Assembly (NCBI GenBank): GCA_963840035.1
Contig: CAWIXE010000001.1
Span: forward strand, 288,001-352,000
DNA: 64,000 nucleotides
Direction of reading: 5' to 3'
Source of the DNA: a candidate division FCPU426 bacterium
Lineage (GTDB): Bacteria > Oederibacteriota > PGYV01 > Palsa-1178
Shown: one piece after another, positions 49,116 to 57,820 of the stretch
Position numbering within the stretch: the stretch's first letter is position 1
Layout of the letters: every line of letters starts with the position of its first letter
The notes under the pieces: model-generated
What the model saw: only the letters and a program-made list of their open reading frames with translations
Told to the model about the DNA's origin: nothing
Database searches by the model: none
Position numbers and translations under genes: made by a program

Positions 49116-50903
49116 CTAAACGAAAATTTTAGCGCACACCATGTCAGGGTTATTGCCCAGCACCCTTTGTATCACGGCGTCTTCCTTTACTATCTTTTTT
49201 ACCATTTCCCTGCCGGCTTCCGCGCTTCTGTTGGTGTACTTCATGATAGTGTCCCGCACTTCCGTGGGTTCTGACTGCGCCACGTACTGAAGCAGCAGCT
49301 TTACGTTATTCTCTATCGAATAAATGGTAGCGTACCTTAAAAGTATGTTTATGCGCCTTTTTGACATCTTAGGCGGCGGCCCGAGGCCGTTTAAGCAGTT
49401 GAACACAAAGTCCATGTAATTGGCGACCGCGTCGTCGCGCGAAGCCGCGTCGACAAGTTCCGATGATATGACCATGTTCATTTTCTTGTCCTGGCCGGTC
49501 CACTTTACCTGTGCCGTCTTTTCAATTTTTCCGGTATAGTCTCCCATGAACGTGCCTTCATTTATTTCGCCGCGGTAATCAAATATTGCGTCCTTGGCAA
49601 GGTACATGCCGATGGCTTTCATGACCTGAAAATCAATCGGTGAAAATGAAACTTTAGCGCCTTTTTTGCCCGGCTCGCCGGTGACAAAACCCATGATAAA
49701 CCTGTCTTCAAGGAAATCAACGTAATTCCTGATGGGTTCTATTAGGATGGGCGGTATAAGCCAGTTGCCATCCTCATCTTTAGGGAAGGCGTTCGTGTGT
49801 ATGGCAAGAAGTTTTTTAAGCGATTCCATTACCGCGCCCGGCGTGCAGAAATAGGAATCATTCGCGCGCGCAAGATCCGGTATCTGCGAGTTTAAAAGTA
49901 TCCTGGCCCCTGAATAGGGCACCCTGTTTCCTGACTTTTCCGAAGCGCTTACTATGAAGCTGTTGATTATGGATACGTCCCGTTTTATAAGGTCCGTATG
50001 CTCCGATGTAAAGGAATCCACGGCGCTGTTATCCTCGGCCGCGACAGCCGATGAAGCCTTCATTATCTCCAGTTCCTTCTGCTTTATGTCGTCTATCTTT
50101 TCCTTTATCTGGTCCACGCATTCCTGCGACCTGGCGAAAGCCTCGGCGTAAAGCTTTGTGAAGTCCGAGAGCATTTTTGCCATCATGTCGGTCCTTGCCG
50201 CGAGCAGGTCTTTCATTTTCTTTTCCTCGGGCGCAAGCTTGTTTCCCTTGCCGAGTATCCCCAGGTATGTGTTAAGGCCGTCATAATTGAGCTTTAGATT
50301 TTTCAGCTTTATGGCGTCTATCTGGCTTATTTTGTCGAAATATGAACCCAGCGTCCTTATGGTGTTCGCGGCTATCTTTAAACTGTCGTTTTTCTTCCAT
50401 TCAAGCGCGGCTTTGAGTTTCTTCGGGTCAACCTTGTCTTCAAGCTTTTTGGATTTTCTTTTTCCCGAGGTGTCTATGAGCTCTATCTTTCCTTCCGCTA
50501 TGGCTTTCATCTTGTCGGTAACGGAATAAACTATGTTCGCGAACGGGCTGTTTTCCTCTTTTTTCCAGAAATCCGCGAAGAGCTGCGCGTAAACGGCCGG
50601 GTCCATGAGCGTTACCTTATTGCCGTTAAAGTCCACAGTGTCCGCTATGGCGCCGGTGCACATGAAAAGTTCCTGATGTTTGTTCATGGTGTTCATTTTT
50701 TCGTTTATCAGGGCCGTCACAAGGGTGTTGTACGCGTTCCTGAGCTTGTTTACCTTTACCACATCCTCTATCTTGTTTCCATTGTCTGATTTTTCCTTGC
50801 CGAAAAATTCCAGCGCGGTCATCACGCTTTCTCTAACGGCAGGGTCCAGCCCTTCAAAAATGTGATTTATTGCTTCTCCCTCTTTTACCTGCGTTGCTTC
50901 CAT
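49116..50903 (-). CDS. Hypothetical cytoplasmic protein with a central coiled coil
   Basis: Long ORF, AAGGAG RBS, no motif recognised. Confidence 0.75.
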   Translation of the reverse strand: MEATQVKEGEAINHIFEGLDPAVRESVMTALEFFGKEKSDNGNKIEDVVKVNKLRNAYNTLVTALINEKMNTMNKHQELFMCTGAIADTVDFNGNKVTLMDPAVYAQLFADFWKKEENSPFANIVYSVTDKMKAIAEGKIELIDTSGKRKSKKLEDKVDPKKLKAALEWKKNDSLKIAANTIRTLGSYFDKISQIDAIKLKNLKLNYDGLNTYLGILGKGNKLAPEEKKMKDLLAARTDMMAKMLSDFTKLYAEAFARSQECVDQIKEKIDDIKQKELEIMKASSAVAAEDNSAVDSFTSEHTDLIKRDVSIINSFIVSASEKSGNRVPYSGARILLNSQIPDLARANDSYFCTPGAVMESLKKLLAIHTNAFPKDEDGNWLIPPILIEPIRNYVDFLEDRFIMGFVTGEPGKKGAKVSFSPIDFQVMKAIGMYLAKDAIFDYRGEINEGTFMGDYTGKIEKTAQVKWTGQDKKMNMVISSELVDAASRDDAVANYMDFVFNCLNGLGPPPKMSKRRINILLRYATIYSIENNVKLLLQYVAQSEPTEVRDTIMKYTNRSAEAGREMVKKIVKEDAVIQRVLGNNPDMVCAKIFV

Positions 50904-50949
50904 TTTTTCTTTCTCCTTCCATTTTATAAGAAAAGAATTTTAGTCTGTA

Positions 50950-51363
50950 TTATTTTTTTGCGCGTCTTTTAGCGAGAACTTCGTTTATTATCGCGGCGAT
51001 TTTCGGGTTGGAAAGAAGTATTTTTTTAAAGTCCTTTTTATAAAGTATGAAAAGTTCCCCGGATTCCACGGTGGTGACTGTCGCGGTCCTTGGAAGGTCG
51101 GTGACAAGCGCCATTTCCCCGAAGAAAGCCCCCTGCCCGAGTTCCGCCACTTTTTTGTTGTTTATTGTTACGGCGAATGCGCCGGCGCCGATCAAGAAAA
51201 ATTTATCGCCAATCTCGCCCTGTTTGATTATGACTTCGCCCTTTTTTGCCATCCTTTTTTTCAGGGATTTTATAAGCGCGTCAAGGTCGGAAATATTCAG
51301 CGAGTAAAAAAAATCGACCTGTTTTAATGAATCCCTTAACATTGACATGTCGTCTAAAGCCAT
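50950..51363 (-). CDS. Stand-alone cyclic-nucleotide-binding domain protein
   Basis: IIKQGEIGDKFF and FFGEMAL...PRTATV phosphate-binding cassette; no HTH. Confidence 0.9.
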   Translation of the reverse strand: MALDDMSMLRDSLKQVDFFYSLNISDLDALIKSLKKRMAKKGEVIIKQGEIGDKFFLIGAGAFAVTINNKKVAELGQGAFFGEMALVTDLPRTATVTTVESGELFILYKKDFKKILLSNPKIAAIINEVLAKRRAKK

Positions 51364-51916
51364 TGCCGTCACCTCTATGCAGATAGTTTAACCCCGCCGG
51401 TAAGCCGGCGCGCCGCCTTAAATAACCCCCATGGCTAAAACCAGCGGCACGGGTTCTTTTCACGCCAAATTCCTTTTAAAACAACAACAAAATCCATTTT
51501 ATACCTGTTTTTTTACTTTGTCAACGGTGTTTTATAATAGGGAAAGGGGGTAGTAAAACCAAATATAAGTCATAAACCAGGAAGAATCTCAGACCGGATG
51601 TCCGCAAGGATGTGATAATAATCGCTTTATTTGACAACAAATAATAATATCATTATATTTTATTAGGGTTTATTTTGATAATGTCTTGAATCAAGGCACA
51701 GTGTTGGGTTTGTTGGCTTGCGGTGTTCGGCGGGTATAAGAAGAATAATTTTATTCCAATTTTGTAAGTTTTACATGCATTTGCACATTGTGCTTTATTT
51801 ATAAGGGTGTTTTTCTGCCATTGTCTATTGTCAAGGCACGATGTTGTGTTGTTATTAATCGCACTTAATGTGCGAAAAATACTTGATGTTATCTTCATTT
51901 CCGGTTGTTTTCCCGA

Positions 51917-52639
51917 TTAATCAAGATCAAATGGGAATTTTTTAATGGGCACAAATACAATTACAAAAAACGCAAATAACAATCTTAAACTCAATAATAT
52001 TTTTGCATTATTATTGATACAACTTCCAAATATTTCTTCAACATTTGCCAACATAAAAAAAACAAGAAAAACAAAAACCATAATTATTCGAAAAAATATT
52101 TTATAGTTTTTTCTTCTTGAAACTGCTTTATCAAAGTTATCTCTTAGCATTTCAAGCTTTTTCAATTTATTAATTATTCTGTTATTTTCCATTATATGTG
52201 CTTTGCATTTATTTAATACTTCAAAAAAGAAAAAGTTGCTGTTGAATAGACCGCTTATTTGTAAGTTTTCCTTGTCGTTGTTTTTGTATAAAATTTCTAA
52301 ACCATATGAATCAAACATATCCGAAAGCATAATTCCATAAATTTTATTGTATTGAATCTCATTTCGTAAAGTTTTTCCACTAAATAACAACTGTACAATT
52401 GTAAACCTATCCTCTTCCATTTCTATCCATTCCCTTCCAACCCGTCTTAAAAACTTCCCGTCATAAATCATAATTATAATACTTGCCACAGCCATACCGA
52501 ATCCTGACTTATCTCTAACCGCATTATCTATACCAAATATTAATATTTCAAAAACTAATATAAATACAGCAAATAATACCATTAACATTAAATATTTGTA
52601 CCTATATAAATCATACTTGTATTTTTTAATCATACTCAT
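51917..52639 (-). CDS. Membrane protein, putative immunity protein of the upstream RHS C-terminus
   Basis: Starts immediately after the RHS-CT stop; AT-rich; about 4 TM helices. Confidence 0.6.
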   Translation of the reverse strand: MSMIKKYKYDLYRYKYLMLMVLFAVFILVFEILIFGIDNAVRDKSGFGMAVASIIIMIYDGKFLRRVGREWIEMEEDRFTIVQLLFSGKTLRNEIQYNKIYGIMLSDMFDSYGLEILYKNNDKENLQISGLFNSNFFFFEVLNKCKAHIMENNRIINKLKKLEMLRDNFDKAVSRRKNYKIFFRIIMVFVFLVFFMLANVEEIFGSCINNNAKILLSLRLLFAFFVIVFVPIKKFPFDLD

Positions 52640-53297
52640 TTACTTTCCTTCTATACATATAGGTTTAATTATAAAATGATTTATTAATGCGATACTAAGC
52701 GGAATTTCTGGTGCAAATAAAGACGTTACAACCATAGCAACTGAAACTGTACATTCATAACTCATTTTATAAAGTGCTTTTTTAGGATCTTTTTCACTTT
52801 CTTGTATATATTTTAAATTTGAATCAAGTGAAATGGCTTCAAATATTCCACCTTCTAATTTAAAAATTCTACTAAGTTTAAGAAAATTCGCTTTTTTAAT
52901 CAAATGTGCGCTTTTTTCAAGTGAGTATGAAATTAATATCGTTCCGAATGAACTTTCCTCAACAAATTCTCGACTATAATTTTCTGTAGCTAATCCTTTA
53001 TCCCCATCTTCGTAATTTTCCTTAACTTTGCTTCCATTTTCTTTACTTTGTTCTTCAAAATCAGCATCTAAATGAGCCTTCATTGCTTTTAGCGCTTCTT
53101 TATAAGCATCACTTCCTGGTTCTAATGTATTTATTCCATATGAGTCTGAATTATATTCCCCAGCAGCAACATTTATATAATAACGCCCATTCTCATCATA
53201 TGCTTCCCCATATTTATCAGTTAATCCTAAAGGATTGTTGTTACAATACTCATAACTATTTATTATATTATTTTCATTCAGCACAGGATCAATTTCT
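52640..53297 (-). pseudogene. RHS C-terminal (toxin) fragment cut at its 5' end by the IS
   Basis: EIDPVLNENNIINSYEYCNNNPLGLTDKYG is the end of an RHS core and abuts the IS end. Confidence 0.8.
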
Positions 53298-53325
53298 TGT
53301 CCTGCCTGTCAATTATTGTCACTTT

Positions 53326-54791
53326 TTACCCCGCAAATTGGTTGACATTTTGTTCTCCGGATTTGATCAAACACAACCCCATATCTACAACTGATTTTAC
53401 CACGGCCTTCCTCACAACGTCAAGTTTATCCAGTCCCGGTATTTTCTGTTTTTCAATTTCCGCAATCGCATTTTCAGCTTTTTTAATTAGCTCATGCTTT
53501 TCTTCGTTTTTGTATATTTCTCCGTTTTTGAAAACTTCAGCGCTTGTTTTGCCGTCAAATATACGCCGCGGCATTTCGTGATTAATCTCATAAATCGCTC
53601 TTTCAAATTTGGCGTATACTTTTTCGTAATTTAACCCTCCTTTTTCAGTTTTCAGATATTTCTCAAATATCTGATTTTCGCGCTCCAGTTTCCCGTTGAA
53701 AAGCGGATAATGCCCGGGGCTGGGCATCGTGAGAATCTCTTTTTCTTTCAAATAACTTATTAATACTTCGTTCTGAAACTCAGAACCCCTGTCAGTTTTA
53801 ACCACAAGCGGTTTTATTCCCTGCTCGTTCATCACGCGTTCAAGCAGGATTTTCGCCTTTTCACCGGTATTTGAATAACTCATAATCCAACCAAGCACAC
53901 ACCTTGAGTACTCCTCAAATACCAGCTGAACATACACATACCCTTCTTCGCAGCGTATTTTAATCGTATCTAGCGCCCAGCTGACATGCTTTTTTAGCCA
54001 TTCAACTGACTTGTACTCTTTCTTTCCCGCTTTTTGCTTTTTCCTGGGCCCAAAATACTCATAAACTATTTTTGCAACGCTGCTTGGCGATATACCCGCT
54101 TTTATTGCCAAAACATAATTAGTTGATATTTCCGAAAACCTCCGTTTTAATTCCAGCACCCGGAGTATTGTTTCACCAGACAAGGCCCACGGCGCATGTT
54201 TCGGCCCTGTCTTTTGGGGTTCCAGGGTATCTTTCTTTTTCCACGCATAATAATACTCCCTTGGAACCCCGATTGAATCAAAATACGCCTTTATACTTCC
54301 TCCGTTTTGTACGGTTTCTTCGGCACTTCTGAGTATATTTCTTTTAACACTTTCCGCATATTGGCGTTTTTTTTTGCGCCGTCTTCATCGTTTTTTTCAA
54401 AGAAGCTCGTTGCTTTCCTGGCTATCTGCAGTTCCTGTGTCGCCTTTTTCTTTTCTTCCTCCAGTATCCGGATCTTTTCCTCCAGCTTCCGCTGTTCTTC
54501 CTGCGCCTTTGTCACTGTTTCCCTCAGATCCTCTTCCTTCACGTAGTTCTTCGGCTTCCTGCCTCTCTTCTCCGTCTTCAGGAACGCCCTGGCTATCCCT
54601 TCCAGCGCTATTTTCTTCCACTCCCGGAACGTCTCCCTCGATATATCCATCTCCTCGCAGACCTGTTTCACCTTCTTTTCCTTTGCCATTACTTTCAGTA
54701 CTGCCTGAAACTTCACCTCGTATGGGATTTCCCTGTAGTACTTCGTGGATTTCTGTTCCATCATTTCCTGCTGAATTTTCTCCTGTTCCAT
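53326..54791 (-). CDS. Transposase 2 (OrfA HTH 54291..54791 fused to an rve domain by -1 frameshift)
   Basis: A9 run at 54367-54375. The -1 frame is open (KRQYAESVK..HAPWALSGE) into 53326..54183. Triad WALD, TDRG, KLER. Confidence 0.8.
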
Positions 54792-55971
54792 TTTCAATTA
54801 CCCCCTTATTTTCTTTATTTTCCTTTTTTTCCTCCACTGCATCTAACCCCTCAACCATAACACTTCCTTCTTTTGCTATTACCCGTATTTCTTTTCCGCC
54901 TATTTTTCCGATTAAATACATAGGCTCTTTTAATTTTCTCGGGTCAACAATTAGCGCGTCTTTTACCATTCCTGCCCCTTTTTCCATAACTTCACGCACC
55001 GACTTTTCAACGCTGAAAAACCTGTCAGCAGGCAGTAACCCATCAATCCCCTGATGCGGCCTTTTGAAGTTATACCATTCCACCCATTTTCCTATCTTTT
55101 CCTGCGCGTCTTCAAAGCTGGATATCGGCTCTTTACTTAGTAATTCCTGGTACATATTCCGCCAGAGCGATTCAACTTTTCCGCAGGTTTGGGGATGATA
55201 CGGCCGGCTTCTCAAATGGCTTATTCCGCTTCTTGTAAGGAATTTTTGAAATGTGCTTTTCCCCCTCCAACTGGCAAACTGCCTGCCGTTATCAGTAAGC
55301 ACTTCTTTTGGCATGCCGTACTTTTCTATCGCGTTTTTTAGCACATCCAGGACCCTGTCGCTGGTTTGGTTCCGAAATACCCCTATACTGACGACAAACC
55401 GCGAATAATCATCCAGACATGCTATTACATATATCCGGTACAGCCCCTGCAGCATAAATGTCATTATATCCATCTGGTACATGTCGCCGGGTTTGCTTCT
55501 TTCAAAACGCTGCGGTTCCTTTTGACTATTTCCATGCCGCAGGCTTTTTTCCTGTACCATTGTTGCTGTCTGAGGGTCGGTTCGGAGGACTTTTTCAATA
55601 CCGTCGCGGCATACTTTTACGAACTTATTGCGCATCAAATAATCCCCGATTTTCTTAACTCCAATTCCGGGATTTTCCAGCTTTAATTTGACTATTTCCG
55701 CTTTTACCGCTTCCGGTACTTCCTGCGCTACTTTGCCGCCGCGGTTATCTTCCAGCCCCTCTTCACCGCCTGTTTTGTACCTTTCTTGCCAGCTTTTAAA
55801 AGTACCGACGCCCATTCCATACCACTTACAGAACATAGTAATAGGCGCACCTATCTGTTCAAATTCTTTTAGCAGTTTTAGTTTTTCTTCTTTTGAGTAG
55901 ATTTTACCGGCGGAGTCGCTTTTTGTGTATTTTCTCTTTCCCTTTTCTTTCTTTTTCTTCATGAACCACAT
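54397..55971 (-). CDS. Transposase 1 (IS481-like, HTH plus rve)
   Basis: Triad QMDI, LTDNG, GKVES; YNFKRPHQGI. The tail overlaps OrfA by about 400 nt. Confidence 0.9.
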   Translation of the reverse strand: MWFMKKKKEKGKRKYTKSDSAGKIYSKEEKLKLLKEFEQIGAPITMFCKWYGMGVGTFKSWQERYKTGGEEGLEDNRGGKVAQEVPEAVKAEIVKLKLENPGIGVKKIGDYLMRNKFVKVCRDGIEKVLRTDPQTATMVQEKSLRHGNSQKEPQRFERSKPGDMYQMDIMTFMLQGLYRIYVIACLDDYSRFVVSIGVFRNQTSDRVLDVLKNAIEKYGMPKEVLTDNGRQFASWRGKSTFQKFLTRSGISHLRSRPYHPQTCGKVESLWRNMYQELLSKEPISSFEDAQEKIGKWVEWYNFKRPHQGIDGLLPADRFFSVEKSVREVMEKGAGMVKDALIVDPRKLKEPMYLIGKIGGKEIRVIAKEGSVMVEGLDAVEEKKENKENKGVIENGTGENSAGNDGTEIHEVLQGNPIRGEVSGSTESNGKGKEGETGLRGDGYIEGDVPGVEENSAGRDSQGVPEDGEERQEAEELREGRGSEGNSDKGAGRTAEAGGKDPDTGGRKEKGDTGTADSQESNELL

Positions 55972-56062
55972 ATATTTTACCTCCTCTTTCGTTGAATTTC
56001 CAGAGGTAAAATGTCAACCTATTTCAATGGGTTAGCAGTTATGATAATTGACGGCTAGGATA

Positions 56063-56175
56063 ACCCTTGTCTTCCCGCTTCCGGCGCCGGCAAGAATCAG
56101 TATGGGCCCGTCCTTGTGCTTTACAGCCTCAAGCTGTTCTTTATTCATAAGTTCATTAATATTGCTGTTTGTCAA
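56063..56175 (-). pseudogene. pcrA: 5' fragment of a UvrD/PcrA helicase interrupted by the IS
   Basis: [29 protein letters not shown] then IS sequence. Confidence 0.85.
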
Positions 56176-56223
56176 TGCTTTGGCTCCATGTTTTTTTCCT
56201 GAGTGGTCATACAATTCCTAAAG

Positions 56224-56251
56224 ATTATATAATGGAAAGGAGTTTTGTCAA
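56224..56251 (-). promoter_or_regulatory. Consensus sigma70 promoter of the pcrA fragment
   Basis: TTGACA-16-TATAAT. Confidence 0.7.
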
Positions 56252-56357
56252 GCAAGGATTAAAAACATTTCTAATCTTATTTATATATATAATTATATTT
56301 CTCGTAATTTATTTGGTTGCGTTTCTTTGAAACTGAGTATTAACGCACGAGTTAGAT

Positions 56358-56807
56358 TTAAGTATTTGTGCCCTTCCGTTTCCTTAAAACTGTTGACATA
56401 CAATCTATTAACAACACACTTAGCGACATACCAAATATGCATGTTATTATTCCGATTTTAAATGCCATCTGAAAAAACTCCCTATACTTGATAAATTTTT
56501 TTGATTCCTCTATTAGGTCGTTGTTAAAAATTAAAAACAAAAAAAACACCGCGGATGTAATTATTATGCTTATAATAATTCTTGCATATCGCCGTATTTT
56601 ATTTTTATCCCCCAAAACAGAGTAAGCATCCTCAACAAAAAACGGAATTAATATAACAAACATAAGGTATGTGGAAATTAAATAAGAAATATATTTTTTA
56701 AATCCAACTTTTTCCAATAACAATGATAATACAACACAGCTTATTAACACACAACTATATACAATAAATTTTAATATTGCCTTTTCGTTTTTTTTAGGTT
56801 TGTTCAA
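56358..56807 (-). CDS. 4-TM membrane protein, putative immunity protein
   Basis: Directly downstream of the RHS-CT; AT-rich. Confidence 0.55.
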   Translation of the reverse strand: MNKPKKNEKAILKFIVYSCVLISCVVLSLLLEKVGFKKYISYLISTYLMFVILIPFFVEDAYSVLGDKNKIRRYARIIISIIITSAVFFLFLIFNNDLIEESKKFIKYREFFQMAFKIGIITCIFGMSLSVLLIDCMSTVLRKRKGTNT

Positions 56808-56813
56808 CTCAAA

Positions 56814-57620
56814 TCATCTCCAGCCTTCAATAATATCCGTTAAAGCTAAATAACCACCTTGTTCTATTAAAATAAGTCCTGTCCCCTTTGCAAGGAATCC
56901 TGGCAATCCCGGTATATTGGTTTTAAGCAATAAACTTCCAGCTCCGATCAGGTATGTTTTAAGCTTTCCGTCACTCATGTCAAATGGATCAAATTCTTGT
57001 TTAACTAATGGTTGTGTCATTAAAACCGCATCAAATATCAAACAAGAATTATCGTAAAAGTCCGAAGAGAAAAAGTCATTGTCTGTTGTTTCTAAGTAAT
57101 TGTTGTCACTAATTACTTTATCATCACCATTTATATACTCAATCTCAGCTTCGTTGGGACAAGAAGTATTATAAGGATTTCCATAATTATCATTATTCGG
57201 GTCATCATACATATTCGTTGATTTTGGATTTCTCCAATCGTTTTCTTCATCAACTTCATAATCAACATCATTATTTGAAGTAGCTTCCTCCTCAGATCTC
57301 ATTTCCTCACAATCTGCCTCAATATGAGTCCATCCATCAGAATCAACATAATCCTCTCCATACCTATCTATTAGATTTGTGGGATTGTTTGCGCAATACT
57401 CATACGTATTAATTATGTTATTTCCTTCCAACACAGGATCGTTTTCAATAAATCTCCCCGTATTTGCATCATACCACCTTGCGGCAAAGTAGTAAAGCCC
57501 GGTGTCGGGGTCGTACATGTTTGAGGACAGGCCGAATTTGCTTATGCCGTTTCCTGTCCTTTTCCCGAACTCATCATCTGTTTCCCTCTCCAGCACCTGT
57601 CCTTTCTCATCACAGACCAT
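56814..57620 (-). CDS. Orphan RHS repeat-associated core plus variable C-terminus
   Basis: DPDTGLYYFAARWYDANTGRFIENDP..YEYCANNPTNLIDRYG. The frame continues upstream as YPDRIGSVY to a stop near 57650, so it is 5'-truncated. Confidence 0.85.
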   Translation of the reverse strand: MVCDEKGQVLERETDDEFGKRTGNGISKFGLSSNMYDPDTGLYYFAARWYDANTGRFIENDPVLEGNNIINTYEYCANNPTNLIDRYGEDYVDSDGWTHIEADCEEMRSEEEATSNNDVDYEVDEENDWRNPKSTNMYDDPNNDNYGNPYNTSCPNEAEIEYINGDDKVISDNNYLETTDNDFFSSDFYDNSCLIFDAVLMTQPLVKQEFDPFDMSDGKLKTYLIGAGSLLLKTNIPGLPGFLAKGTGLILIEQGGYLALTDIIEGWR

Positions 57621-57820
57621 ATATACGCTTCCTATGCGGTCGGGGTATTGCTAAGACAGCGTCTTCAGTTCTACTTCCAAATAATGGGCGAGGTATTTCA
57701 GAAACTGGCTGTTGTCAGGTAAAAAAAAGGTGAATTTACGGTTGTTTTTTCCGATATATTTAATAGTTGCTATTTTAAAACATATGGCTTAAAATTAAAA
57801 AAGTAAAAATTACGGGGTGA

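Larger units (their letters stand above)
53298..56062 (-). mobile_element. IS481/IS3-like insertion sequence with two DDE transposases
   Basis: Imperfect TIRs of about 55 bp: TGTCCTGCCTGTCAATTAT..AAATTGGTTGACATTTT vs TATCCTAGCCGTCAATTAT..AAATAGGTTGACATTTT. No target duplication. Confidence 0.85.

Noticed and set aside
51390..51900. Possible riboswitch or small gene upstream of the cNMP-binding gene
   Set aside because: Only short GC hairpins and AT-rich sequence; no motif or credible ORF recognised.
53290..53312. Outward hybrid promoter from the IS end driving the RHS fragment
   Set aside because: TTGACA is present but there is no plausible -10 at 16-18 nt.
56032..56214. Intact 60-aa gene
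   Set aside because: It is a chimera of the pcrA 5' fragment and IS end sequence.
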